A stretch of DNA of 64,000 nt, from assembly GCF_964213995.1 (NCBI RefSeq), contig NC_135808.1, forward strand, positions 50,654,001-50,718,000. Reading direction: 5' to 3'. The notes under the pieces were generated by a model. The model ran no database searches. It had not been told where the DNA came from and saw only the letters and a program-made list of their open reading frames with translations. This DNA comes from Mustelus asterias (lineage: Eukaryota). This document shows, piece after piece, positions 36,865-49,643 of the stretch (the stretch's first letter is position 1; each line of letters starts with the position of its first letter). The position numbers were made by a program, and so were the translations under genes.

Positions 36865-37604
36865 CGTTATCAGTAAAAACAGAACTGTTATACATTTTCT
36901 TAATCTGATTCTCCGCCTTACATTAGTTTAAAATTAATTTCATTTAATGTCCATATGTTAACATAAATTATTGCCAAATGCCTCAGCTAACCACTTAGTA
37001 CTTTCCAGCATGATGGTTTCTCATTCGTCCATTACAACCGGACATTACTCACTTGTTGGCTAAAGCTATTTCCCTGTTGCCTGGATGCGGTAGATGCTAC
37101 CGTAAGGGTCAAAGTGGAGGTTCCTACCAGCTCACTGCCAAGCTGAATAGACATGTGTTGCTGCATCCAGGGTCATGTCTATTCTATGTCTGGGCTGTGA
37201 ATTGATTTAAACATTATGTTGCACAATGTGTTCCCTCATCGGGATCTCCCAGATATGAGTTTGCAAACTAATGGGTTCCCAGGCCTTTGGCTCGAAACAT
37301 TTTACCTTTCCCACCATACCTTTCAGTACCTTGCATTGGCCAAAGTGTACAATCACAGTAAAATACTTGAAATACATTCAGAATATCAACTTCTATGTCT
37401 TAAAATCATAGTTGTTTTAATTCTCTTACTGCGCTCACATGTGGGTACGTTATCATTTAACTCCTTACTGTTCGCTCTGCCAGTGCTTGTACTCTCTCTA
37501 AAAATGAAGTGAAATGTAAAATAATCCCTTTCATCTCCCCATGGGGCTTGGTCTCAGATTGTTCTTGTGAAGCACGTGAATACAAGTTGTATTATATTGG
37601 CAGT

Positions 37605-38270
37605 TGTGTGTGTGGTGTGTGTGATGCCTCCCATGTTTGATGAGCTGGGAATTGTGTGTGTGTGTGTGTTTTCGTGTGTGTGTGTGTTTTCGTGTGTGTG
37701 TGTTTTCGTGTGTGTGTGTTTTCGTGTGTGTGTGTGTTTTCGTGTGTGTGTGTGTTTTCGTGTGTGTGTGTGCGTCTGGGTGTGTGTGTGTTTTCGTGTG
37801 TCTGGGTGTGTGTGTGTGTTTTCGTGTGTGTGTGTGTTTTCGTGTGTGTGTGTGTTTTCATGTGTGTGTGTGTTTTCGTGTGTGTGTGTGTTTTCGTGCG
37901 TGTGTGTGTGCGTCTGGGTGTGTGTGTGTTTTCGTGTGTCTGGGTGTGTGTGTGTGTTTTCGTGTGTGTGTGTGTTTTCGTGTGTGTGTGTGTTTTCGTG
38001 TGTGTGTGTGTTTTTGTGCGTGTGTGTGTGTGTGTGCGTCTGGGTGTGTGTGTGTTTTCGTGTGTCTGGGTGTGTGTGTGTGTTTTCGTGTGTGTGTGTG
38101 TTTTGTGTGTGTGTGTACGTCTGTGGGTGTGTGTGTGCGTGTGTGTTTTCGTGTGTGTGTGTGTTCATATGTGAGTGTGTGTGTGATGCCACCTGTTGTT
38201 GATGAGCTGGGAGTTGTGATGCCTCCTACGATCGATGAGCTAGGAATTGTGTGTGTGTGTGTGTGGTGCC
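37605..38270. repeat. Compound (GT)n-TTTTC microsatellite
   Basis: (GT)4-7 TTTTC blocks with GCGTCTGG variants, bracketed by repeated GATGCC...GATGAGCTGGGA motifs. Confidence 0.97.
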
Positions 38271-38833
38271 TCCTGTGATTGATGAGGCAAATGCTTTCGG
38301 GGGTAAGGGGGGGTAAGATGGCACGGGGGTGGGTGAGGGTTCGGATGCATTGTGGCTTGGGGTGAGTTTGAGATTGGGGGATATTGTGAAGGGCAGGTCA
38401 GGTCACGGGGTGGTTGGTGTTTTGGTGCTGCCAATCGGTCAGGTGGGTATTCAGGAAGGTGAGGGGATCAGACAGGGGACATGTTTCAGTTTTACACTGA
38501 CCCCGGTGTTGGAACTGCTCTGAATCGTTCTAACTTTTCCTGGGTAACTATCCTGGGCAGTAAGTCAGAAACATCTGAATTCTCCAGATTTCAGTCCGAG
38601 ATTCAGAGAGTTCCAGACTCAGGGGAATTCCCCATATAGATCCGGGATACGACCATCCGGAGATTGGAAGTTCTGGGTCAGGAGCTCAGACCAACCAAAG
38701 ATGAGATAAAGAGGTGGACAATGAGAGTTTGAAAGGATCAAAGTGAGTTGGAGAGGTGGAGGGGGTTATGGAGGGAATTCCAGAGCTTGGAACCCAGGCA
38801 GCTGAAGGCTTGGCCACCAATGGTGGAGACATT

Positions 38834-40140
38834 GGGCCTGATTTTACCATTTTCATTCCAAGTGCTGAATCTGGGCGCAATTCAGATCCGACTGAGAAAT
38901 CTGCTTTCAGGCGCCCCCCATACACACCCAGCTTGATTAAAAAAACCGCGGGTCCCATTCGTGGTGTGTGCGGGGCTTAGCGCGCCCGAAACGATCGGAG
39001 CTCTGAACTGCGCATGCGCAGTTGGAAACAAATGTGAAAAAGTGTGCCCAAGTCAGATCGCTCCCGGACCGCAGAAAGCGGAGAAAGTGGCTCGGGAGCG
39101 AAAAGAGGGAGCGTTGGCCCCCACAGACATCACTGTCCCCCTTATCAACCCCCCCCCACTACCCAGACCGATCGTGACTCCTGCCCTCTTCCCCCCCCCC
39201 ACCGATCACCCGCAGAGTGGCAGCGGACTCCCCTGCCCCCCTCCCCTGCCCCACCAGAGATCCATCTGCGCCCCCCCCTGACCAGTGCCCCCCCCTGACC
39301 AGTGAGCGATCGGGCCTCCCCCCCCCTCTTCACCAGAGACACATCTTACCCGCCTCCCTCCTCCCCCCCCATCTCAGCGAATGATCAGGCCTCACTCCCC
39401 CCACCCAGAGGAACATCTGACCCGCCTCCTCCTCCCTCCCCACCAGACAATGATCAGCCCTCCCCGCCCTCCCCACCACCAGACAACGATCGGGCCTCCC
39501 TCCACCCCCTCCCCATCTCCCCACCAGAGATACATCTGACCCGCCTCCTCCTCCTTCCACCCCCCCTCCCCCCCGCCAAACCAGACAACGATTGGGCCTC
39601 CCTCCCCCCCACCCCGCCCCCCACTCCCCACCAGAGATACATCTGACCCATGTCCTCCTCCTGCGCCCCCTCCCCACCCCCCACCCCCAACCAGACAACG
39701 ATCTGGCCTCACTCCCCTCCCCCCACCCCCCCAACCAGAGAATGTTCTGACCTGCCTCCCTCCTCCCCCCCACCACCGATCTGAGTCAGGGAGCCGCTGG
39801 AAGCTCTGAACTCGCTCTTCAGCAGCTGGAGCGCCCGATTCAGACTTTTATTCAGCATGTCCGTTTCGGCGCGATTCCGGGTCGGCGAACGTGGCGGTAA
39901 AGGGGGAAATGCTGATAAAGGTGGGCGGGCAGTTCATTAATTCAATTGAAATACATGCAAATACATTTAAATCACCGTTGTGCCCATTTCGGGTGCGAAG
40001 CGGATTGCCACCATTCCCGGGTTTCGGTAAAGTAGCCATCTGCGCGGGCGCGGGCGTGGATCGCGTTAATGGCCTCACACCCGACTTTACCACGTTTTCC
40101 CACCCAAAAACGGGCGCGACGCAATGGTAAAATAGGGCCC
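38834..40140. mobile_element. Non-autonomous PIF/Harbinger-like DNA transposon
   Basis: 18-bp TIRs GGGCCTGATTTTACCATT / AATGGTAAAATAGGGCCC (16/18 match), 3-bp TSD ATT at 38831 and 40141, inserted in a LINE remnant. Confidence 0.8.
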
Positions 40141-41750
40141 ATTATGATCAGGAATGTACAAGAGGCCAGGATTAGAGGAACACAGATATCTCGAAGGGTT
40201 GTGGGGCTAGAGGAGATTCCAGAGAGAGGGAGGGAGTGAGGACATGGAGGGATTTGAAAACAAGGATGAGAAGTTTAAAATCAAGACATTGCTTGATCAG
40301 GAGCCAGTGTAGGCCAGTGAGCACAGGGGGTGATAGGGGAACGGGACTTGGTGTGAGTTCAGACTGGGACAGCAGAGTTTGGGATGAGCTGATGTGTGCG
40401 GAGGGTGGAATGTGGGAGAACGGCCAGGAGTGTATTGGGATAGTCATGTCTAGAGGAACAAAGGCTTTTTCAGCAGCAGATGGACTGAGAACAGCAGGTA
40501 GCTCTCATGGACAAGATGAGCTCAGAGAAGCCATGAGGGGGGATTGGAGAGAAACTAGAGAAAGATTTGAGTTCAGGGCTCGGGCGGGGGAGGGGGGGGG
40601 GGATGGTGGGGTGCGTGGGGGCGGGGGAGGTAGAATTAGAGGATGTTTGTCCAGATGGTGAGAGGAAGGAAGGGACGTGGCAGAGGCAGCTGATTGGATT
40701 GTCTCAATCTTAGTCACAAAGACCTCGGTGAGATCCTCACACTTGTTGCTGGAGGTGAGGGGGGAGGGGACAGGGGAGAGGGGTTTAAGAAGTTGGTCTG
40801 CAGTTGGGAAAAGAAGCCGGAGCTTATCTTCTCATTCCAGGATGATCCTGGAATAGTCAGCAGTTTTAGCAGATGAGAGTAGGAGCCGGAAGTGTTTGAA
40901 GTGCTCCAGCCAGATCAGCCAGTGGATGGATGAACCAGTTGTCCACCAGATCCTTTCAAGTCTGTGTCCCTGGGATGAAGTGAGTGGAGATGAGGCCGGA
41001 GCAGGGGGAACGGCCGGGGGGAGAGGGAATCATGGTTTTATTGGGGATTAGGATATCAAAGGTGGGGGTGAGGGGGAGCCAATCAGTCGCTGCAGAAATG
41101 TTGTGGTGATCGGAGGGCCAGAGACTCGATAGTTGGGATTTGGAAAGTGCGGTTGTAAGTGAATGGACACAGCTGGAAGAGTTGGGTGAGGAGAAACAAA
41201 GGGGTTGCCTCCCCACAGAGCTGGTCTGAGAATCAACTGGCTTCTGGTAAAATGAAATTTAAGATAGATGGAACTTGGAAAGTGCGGTTGTAAGTGGATT
41301 GGGGAATAGGTTTTTGCAGGGATGGATACAGAAGGGGGTAGGGTTGGGGTGTGGAAGGGGGATGTGGCTGGGGAGTGATACAAGGAAGTGATCAGAGATG
41401 GTCTGATCTCTGATTGAAACTATGGGAGCAGTGAGACCACGTGAGATGGTTAAGGTCAAGGGGGAGGTGGTGAATATGGGGTGGAGAATTGTGATTGTGA
41501 TGGTTTAATCCCAGCAACTTTCAGTTTCTTTTCTGTTTTCAATCTTGTCACTCAAGAGATTCCAGATCAAACTGATCATTTTCAAATGAATGATCATTGG
41601 CTTTGAATCCAATCTTCTGCAGATGTGTCATTGATTGACAGACCAAGCAGCCAATCAGGACAATCACTTGGTGAAATGCAGCCAATCAGCTGATGGGGAG
41701 GTGGGACGTTTCCAAAGCACTCACCAGACAGAAACGGAATATTCTTAATG

Positions 41751-41839
41751 TTTATTACCTTTTACACATTGACATTGACAGAAAAAACAGCCCAGCCAGA
41801 GGAAGCTGGAGAAATTCACAGGGAGAATGGAGGTTTATT
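41751..41839 (-). terminator. Candidate polyadenylation signals, cluster 2
   Basis: TTTATT at 41751 and 41834; the proximal cluster 1 signal reads AATAAT here. Confidence 0.6.
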
Positions 41840-42271
41840 AAAACACTTGTGGAGATTTTCTCAATAACATGAGAATCCTGTCCCTTTAAACAGTGACTAA
41901 AGCTTCAATTGTAACTGCAGGGTGAGCAGGAAGGAGGTCTGGTTTACTGAAGCAGACACTTCACAGGGTCACATTATTATTGTACAGCTGACACTCTTCA
42001 GCATCTTCCAGAGGTTGTACTTGTTATCACGAGTCTGCACTGTCCCCATCAAACTCTCCCAGGACAGTAACACCACAGGGTTAAATACAAAGTAAAGCTT
42101 CCTCTACACTATACCAATAACGTGCTTTAACCCCTGACCCTCAGAAGTGTCTCAGACCCAGTCCCGAGGAGGAAGAGAGTTGTAATTCAATGCTGATAAT
42201 GACCTTTGCCCTCCCAGCTCACCCCTGTTCTATTTCAAGTTGTGCCTCCTCTGTGGACTGTCTCTAACACT

Positions 42272-42600
42272 CTAGGCACATTCTGATCTACTGACGCTCT
42301 TGCTGAGGGGCGAGGAGAGGCTGACGTGGGTGAGGGCACAGGAGAAGCGGGCGTTGGACTCCCAGTCGGAGCCAGAGAGGGTCAGCAGGCTGCTGACGCT
42401 GTAGGTGTTGTCTGAAGCTCGCAGGTAGTTGCTGGTCTGAACCCCGTTGGAAATGGCTGCACCATCCTTCTTCCACTTCACCTCCACCTCATCGGGATAG
42501 AAGTGATTGGCAAGGCACACCAGGGTGGCAGTGCCCTTGGTCTTGACCTCCTCCGGGGAGGGGGGCAGCAGGGTCAGCGTGGGTTGTGAATTATCACGGG
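42272..42600 (-). CDS. IGKC: Ig kappa-type light chain constant exon, cluster 2
   Basis: 329 nt like C1; (T)RDNSQPTLTL...CLANHFYPDEVEV...KSVSRSECA*; 4 aa differences from C1. Confidence 0.96.
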
Positions 42601-42759
42601 CTGAAAGAGAAGAGAAGGAATTTTAATCACTGCCATTTTCAGGCTTTCAACTTCCCGAATATTGACTGGGATCAAATCAGTGTCAATGTTTTAACCAGCA
42701 CGGAACAATCCCAACAAGAGAAGGGGCAGTTTTGGGCAGTTTTATAGAATGAATCTCGG

Positions 42760-43405
42760 CATGTGGAAGGTGTATCAGTGGGAGAGCATTTGGGTAATAG
42801 TGATCATAATACAGTTAGATTTAGAGTAGTTACGGAAAAGGGGAAAGATCGATCAAGAGTAAACGTTTTAAATTGGGAAAAGGCCAATTTCACTCAACTG
42901 GGATTTGCCAAAATGGAGAGGAAACAGCGACTTGAAGGGAAATCAGTGTCAGAGCAGTGGGAGGATATTCGAGCTGGAGATAGAGTTCAGAACAAATATG
43001 TTCACACAAAGCAATAGCGTGGGACATTGCAAGGAGGATAACTAAGGAATGAATAGGGCTGATTGGAGAGCAAAAAGATAACTTGTGTGTGGAGGGAGAA
43101 GACACGGTGATGGTTCTTCATGAATAATTTACATCAGATATCACAAATGAGAGGGATAAAGCTAACATTGTCGTTCAGGAGGAGAGGGATTGTGAAATAA
43201 TCAATGGGATAATGATAGTGAGAGAGGAGGTATTAATGTGCTTATCATCTTTGAAAGTGGAGAAATTCCCAGGCCCGGGTGAAATGTATCCCAGGATGCG
43301 AAGGGAAGCACGGGAAGAAAAAGCAGAGACTCTGACCATTATTTTCCAATCCTCTCTGGCCACAGGTGTGGTGTGGGAGGACTGGAGGACGGATAATGCT
43401 GTTTA
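42760..43405 (+). mobile_element. Old CR1 EN/linker fragment in the cluster 2 J-C intron (partly shared with 15716-15865)
   Basis: GEHLGNSDHN and PGPGEMYPR motifs. Confidence 0.8.
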
Positions 43406-43954
43406 AAATTACAGGCTGATGGGATTCAAGGGAAAGTGGCACGTTCGATTTCAAATTAGTTCAGTGTCTGGGGGTAAAGGTTTGATTTGAAGCTGGTTAA
43501 ATCATTTTGCATATATAAAGAAAGTTACAACAAATTCAGCACTGAAATGGTTAATAGTGAGAGTATTTAAAGACACAGTGTCCCTTTAAGAGACTGTTAA
43601 CCAGTCAGGAAGCTGGAACTATTGCTCAGTCTGTCTGGGGGAAACAGGTTGAGCATCAACAAACCTCAGATCACACACAGATCAGGAGAACTTTATCCCA
43701 GAACATTGCAGCAGACTTGGATCAACACACTTCACACAGGATTCTGATTGGCTGTCAGTGTAGAAGCTTCCAGATTTCATTTCAAATCTTACCCTCAGCA
43801 CTTGGCCGAGGTCAAGGGTGAGGTTAGAATTCGTCTCAGTGTCCAGGGGTCAGACAGGGTCAATGCTCCGAATGACCCCATGAACTCTGGAGGATGTGAG
43901 TGTGTGAATAATGAGTGAGGGTTAGGATCAGGAATCTCCAACCTCAAAGACAGA

Positions 43955-44270
43955 ATTACATTTCTATAGCACCTGTCACCACCTCAGAATGTCCCAAAGT
44001 GTTTTACAGCTCATTGTGCACAGCAAGATCCCAGGGAGCAGAGTGAGAATGAACAGATAAGCAGATTTGTAGTGATGTTGATTGAGGGATAAATATTGAC
44101 CAGTACATCGGGGTGAACTCCCCTGCTCTTCTTCCAATGGTACCATGGGATCTTTCACACCCCCTGAGAGGACAGATATCAGTTTGTCTCATCTGAAAGA
44201 CGGCACCTCTGACAGTGCAGCACTCGCTCAATACTGCACTGGATCTCAGCCTGGATGATGTGGGATTTGA
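43955..44270 (-). mobile_element. DeuSINE (SacSINE1/AmnSINE1-type)
   Basis: Reverse complement GCACTGTCAGAGGTGCCGTCTTTCAGATGAGA...AAGATCCCATGG...AATATTTATCCCTCAA matches the Deu domain as recalled. Confidence 0.75.
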
Positions 44271-44669
44271 GGTATCAGTCTGTTTCTGTGGATTCTCTGC
44301 TGCTTTCAGTTCAATGAAGAGTGCAGGAGGACATGCCAGGAGCAACAGCAGACATACTGAAAAATGAGGAATGAGGCCACTTGGGGAGGGTGGAGCTGTT
44401 CCCCAGCCAGAGAGAGTGTCTTCAGGAGAGAGATGGAGAGCAGATTATGGGAGGCCTGTAGTCTAGAGGGGGGACATTTAACCAGTCGCTGACAGGTGCT
44501 GAGCCCTTTCCCCATGAGGATTTTGGAAGTGGATGCGGAAAGTGGGAGGTGAACTAGAGAAATGTCTTTGTTGCTGCTGAAACTCTTGCTATCTGCTCAG
44601 TCACATCTAATAAACACACAGACAAATCAGACAAACATCAGTCTGTTTCTGTGGATTCTCTGCTGCTTT

Positions 44670-45490
44670 CAGTTCAATGAAGAGTGCAGGAGGGCATGGC
44701 AGGAGCAACAGCAGACATACTGAAAAATGAGGTGTTAACCTGGTGAAGCTACAACACAGGACTGTGTGTCAAACAGCAGAAGCAGCAAGTGATAGACAGA
44801 GCTAAACCATCCCACAACTAATGGATCAGATCTAAGCTCTGCAGTCCTGCCACATCCAGCCGTGAATGGTGGTGGACAATTAAACAACTCACTGGAGGAG
44901 GAGCTCCACAAATATCCCCATCATCAATGATGGAGGAACCCAGAACATTAGTGCAAAAGATAAGGCTGAAGCATTTGCAGCAATCTTCAGCCAGAAGTGC
45001 CGAGTGGATGATCCATCTCTGGAGGTCCTGAAGACGTGTGCTCCAGAACTTCCAGCGTCCCTCGCCAAGCTGTTCCAGTACATCTACAACACTGGCATCA
45101 ACCCAACGTTGTGATAAATTACCCGGTTATGAACTGTGCACAAAAAACAGGACAAATCCAATCCGCACAATAACCGCCCCATCAGTCTACTCTCGATCAT
45201 CAGCAATGTGATCTGAACATATCCAGAGCGATACCAAGCAGCACTTACTCAGCAATAACCTGCTCACTGACACTCAGTTAGTGTTCCACCAGGATCACTC
45301 AGCTCCTGACCTCATTACAGCCTTGGTTCAAACATGGACAAAAGAGCTGAACTCCAGAGGTGAGGTGAGAGTGACTGCCCTTGACATCAAGGCAGCATTT
45401 GAGCAAGTGTAGCATCAAGGAGCCCTCGCAAAACTGGAGCACATGGGAATCAGGGGAAAACTATCCACTGGTTGGAGTTATACCCAGCAC
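44670..45490 (+). mobile_element. Fragment of the L2/Jockey-group-like LINE, cluster 2 intron only
   Basis: Homologous to 3300-4110. Confidence 0.8.
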
Positions 45491-48412
45491 AAAGTTATAC
45501 CCAGTTATACGCCAGGGACCCAAGTTCAATTGCCAGCTTGGGTCACTGTCTGTGTGGAGTTTGCACATTCTCCCCATGTCTGTGTGGGTTTCCACCAGGT
45601 GCTCCGGTTTCCTCCCACAGTTCAAAACGTGTGCAGGCTAGGTGAATTGGCCAAGCTAAATTCTCCCTCAGTATACCCGAACAGGCACCGGAATGTGACC
45701 ACATGGGGATTTTCACAGTGACTTCATTGCAGTGTGAATGTAAGCCTACTTGTGACTGATAAATAAACTTTAAAAAAAAAAAAATCTTAACCAACGCAAT
45801 CTCTCCCCCTACATCAATCCCACTATCGCAGAAATCATTCCAGTAAACCTTTGCTGCACTCCCTCTGTCGCAAAAACATCCTTCCTCAGATAAGGAGAGT
45901 AAAACTGTACACATTATTCCCAGTGTGGCCTCACCAAGGCACTGTATAACTGCAGAAAGACCGAATTACGAGGGACAGAGATAGGGTAGATATGAGGAAA
46001 CTTTTCCCCTTCATCACAGAGGCAGCAGATTTTGAGGGACTTGAGGGAAATCTTTCCACCCAGAGGGTGCTGGGAATCTGGAACTCACTGCCTGAAAGGG
46101 TGGTGAAGGTGGGATCCTTCGCAACATTTAAGAAGCATTTAGATGAGCACTTGAAATTCCAAACCATACAAGGCAACGGACCAAATGCTGGAAAATGGGA
46201 TTGGAATAGATAGGTGCTTGGTGGCCGGCACAGACATGGACAATAGAATCCCTAAAGTGCAGGCGGAGGCCATTCGGCCCATCGAGTCTGCATCGACTCT
46301 TACCCCATAACCCCAGGTATTTACCTCACTAATCCCCCGAACCTGTTAGAATTTCATAGGTCTCCATGAGTTGCCTCCTTATTCGTCTGAACTCCAGTGA
46401 ATATAAGTCTTAACCAACTCAATGTCTCCTCATTCATCAGTCCCATTATAACAGGAATCAGTCTGGGATACCTTCTCTGCACTCCCTCTGGAGAAAAAAT
46501 ATCTTTCCTGAGATAGGGAGACCAAAACTGCGCACAATATCCCCAGTGCGGCCTCACCAAGGCCCTGTATAACCGCAGCAGGTCAGAATTATGAAGACAT
46601 AGAGCAGATACGAAGAAACTTTTCCCCTTTTAGCAGCAGATTCAAAAACCAGGGAGCATAGATTCAATCTCAGAGGCAGAAGATTTTGAGGGATTGGAGG
46701 AAAAACTTTTTCACTCAGAGGCTGTTGGGAATCTGGAACTCACTGCCTGAAAGGGTGGGAGACACAGGAACCCTCACAACATTTAAGAAGTATTGAGATG
46801 AGCATTTGAAATTCCGAACCATACAAGGCTACGGACCAAGTGCTGGAAAATGGGATTAGAATAGTTGGGTGCTTAATGGCCGGCAGAGACAGGATGGGCT
46901 GAAGGGCCTCTTTCTGTGCAGTAAATTTCTATGAGACGATGACTGAGCCAAGATGGCCGAGAATGTAAAGTGACCAGCTTCTGGAAAATTCCAATGTGGG
47001 TTATATTTGACTGACCAGTCCCAAGACTAGTTAGAATGTCACACCTGAAGGGTGTCAGGGACTTCTTCAAACAGGAAATAGAAATGGAGATAGAAAAAAT
47101 GTCTCAGACTAAACTTTAATCTCCTTTTGTTACGGAAACAATGGAGACTGATTGTCACATCTCAGCAGACATTCAAAACCCATCTGCTGTTGAGTTATAC
47201 CTCAGAATGTGGAAATGGTCTGAGTTCAAAGTAAACTGACTCTGGGGTGAAAGACATGTTTGTTTGTTACCTTTCAGGAAACAACAGGGAAATGGGTTAA
47301 AAATCCAACTGCACACCTGAGCTGTGTGTACTGGTGCGGGTGTGACAGAATGTGAGTTGAGACATTCCTCCGGATGGTCTAGTTACCTCCCACAGTCCAA
47401 AGGTCAACAGGTTAGATGGATTGGCCATGCTAAGTTATCCCAAATGTGTCCTTTAGGTGGATTAGCAATGGTAAATGCGCAGGGTTACAGGGATAGGGTG
47501 GGGAGCCTGGGTAAGAAGCTCTTTCAGAGAGTTGGTACAGATTCGATGGACTGAATAGCCTCCTTCTGCACTGTAGAGATTCAAAGGCTAATAAAGGACT
47601 ACGTGGACTGTGTAAGGTTTCCACGGGTGAAGGGATCCATTTTAAATGAACCCTGTTGTGACCGATCGAGTGCGGGGTTCCAGCTGATTACTCCTCACCC
47701 AGGAGCAAAACAAAATTGGGATCCAGTTCAGGAAATTAACAAATGAGGGACCTTGTCTGAGGACTGGTCACAACGTGGACACAGCAAGATCCCACACACA
47801 GCAATGAGAACAATCAGCATTTTCAGTGATGTTGGATCCGGGATAAATATTGGACTGAACTCGTCCCAGAGAGAAAGTAACTGAGAGTCTCCCCAAAAGC
47901 CTGGAACACTGAAGCCACTGGATTGTGGGCCCTGCTGTAGCTGTTTGTCATCAGAACTTTAGCAAGAGATAAGCAGGGAGTGGAGAGAGCAGAGTGAAAG
48001 CTGGGGGAGGTGGCACCTCGGTGTCTCACTGTGCTGGTGCTGTGATCAGTTATATCAGAGAGTGTGACAGGGAGTCCGACTTCACATCAAACTCTGCCTG
48101 TGTGTGTCACACTGAGACTGACAGGAGTCGAGAGAGTGATTTCACTCCATGCTGCAGGAATGTGAGCACAGCCAGCAAACGTCCAGATCTCCTCCACACG
48201 GTGGGTAAAAGCTGCTTACTTATATCTTGCTGCTTAAAGGGGGGAATGGAAGGAAAGAAATACAGCTGGGCTCCCTGTTCCACACAATGTTCTTCAATCA
48301 ACCATTTCATTGACTGCAGCTTCCTCACCAACACCTTCAACTATTCAACATTTGTGTTTGAGAAAGTTTCAGCATTGAAAGGGTTAATAACGGAGGATTG
48401 GGCTTTACTTAC

Positions 48413-48447
48413 TCAGTCTGAGTTTGGTTCCTTTACCGAACGTAAGG
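48413..48447 (-). CDS. IGKJ: Ig light chain J segment, cluster 2
   Basis: Identical to J1 (LTFGKGTKLRL); GTAAGT donor at 48412. Confidence 0.95.
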
Positions 48448-48486
48448 CACACTGACAGCTTCCAGTGCAGGAGCTGTACAAAAACC
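48448..48486 (+). promoter_or_regulatory. J recombination signal, 23-bp spacer (cluster 2)
   Basis: CACACTG (48448-48454) + 23 nt + ACAAAAACC (48478-48486). Confidence 0.95.
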
Positions 48487-48520
48487 TCTGCTCTCTGCCT
48501 CACTCACTCACTCACTCATC

Positions 48521-48708
48521 NNNNNNNNNNNNNNNNNNNNNNNNNNNNNNNNNNNNNNNNNNNNNNNNNNNNNNNNNNNNNNNNNNNNNNNNNNNNNNNN
48601 NNNNNNNNNNNNNNNNNNNNNNNNNNNNNNNNNNNNNNNNNNNNNNNNNNNNNNNNNNNNNNNNNNNNNNNNNNNNNNNNNNNNNNNNNNNNNNNNNNNN
48701 NNNNNNNN
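48521..48708. other. Assembly gap (188 N), paralogous position to the first gap
   Basis: Run of N next to a (TCAC)n microsatellite at ~48500-48518. Confidence 1.
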
Positions 48709-48886
48709 GTTTTGTTGGGAGAGTTGAGAATTCTAATTTGAGATGATAAATCTTTCAGCTGCTCTTCATATGTGGACATGGAGAGTAAGAGGGAAACTCG
48801 AGGCCTTCAGCGAGCGGTGGACACCACAGGGACTGGAGTGTGTAGTGGACACTGCAAATAATTTGTCCAGTTTCCTTTCTTGTCTT

Positions 48887-49127
48887 TATTATATATTATA
48901 TAAAACTGTGGGATGTGTCAGTACAGGAGGTGGGACTGTGTGTCCATTATTATATATTATATAAAACTGTGGGATGTGTCAGTACAGGAGGTGGGACTGT
49001 GTGTCCATTATTATATATTATATAAAACTGTGGGATGTGTCAGTACAGGAGGTGGGACTGTGTGTCCATTATTATATATTATATAAAACTGTGGGATGTG
49101 TCAGTACAGGAGGTGGTGCTGTGTGTA
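48887..49127 (-). repeat. 61-bp minisatellite, ~4 copies, in the cluster 2 V-J interval
   Basis: Same unit as 10054-10965, reverse complement. Confidence 0.95.
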
Positions 49128-49131
49128 TTGG

Positions 49132-49159
49132 GGTTTTTGTAAGGCTCTGTATCACTGTG
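49132..49159 (-). promoter_or_regulatory. V recombination signal, 12-bp spacer (cluster 2)
   Basis: Read on +: GGTTTTTGT (49132-49140) + 12 nt + CACTGTG (49153-49159). Confidence 0.98.
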
Positions 49160-49457
49160 CTGGAGGAGCTGTAACCGTACTGACAGTAATAATCAGCGAC
49201 ATCCTCATTCTGTACATTGCTGATTGTCAGGGTGAATCTTGTCCCAGATCCACTGCCGGTGAATCGGTCGGATATTCCTGTGAATCGATTTGTTGCATAG
49301 TAGATCAGCAGAGCCGGTTTCTGTCCTTCTCGCTGTTGATACCAATGCACGTTATTGCTAGCAGATTGACTGGCCGTACAGGTGATGGTGGCGGTCTGGC
49401 CCAGGCTCACTGACAGCACCGGGGGAGACTGGGTCATGATGATGTCTCCACTGATAC
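49160..49457 (-). CDS. IGKV: Ig kappa-type V exon, cluster 2
   Basis: 298 nt like V1; [38 protein letters not shown]...YYATNRF...[10 protein letters not shown]; intact acceptor and RSS. Confidence 0.95.
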
Positions 49458-49643
49458 CTGAGGAGTAATAGAGAAACAGAGTGAAGTAAGAACTGTCACA
49501 GAAAGACGCTGTACAATGAGATATTGTTGGAGACACTGACTGTTCCTCTCCTTTCAGCATTTTCCCTTCAATCACAAGTCAGGAGAATTGGATTGAAATG
49601 GAGAGCAGGAAAATATTCAAGGTGGAAGGAGAGAGATTTGTAC

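Noticed and set aside
37554-38278. His/Thr- and Cys/Val-rich ORFs
   Set aside because: Translations of a (GT)n microsatellite
39044-39776. Pro/Gly-rich ORFs
   Set aside because: Low-complexity interior of the Harbinger-like element
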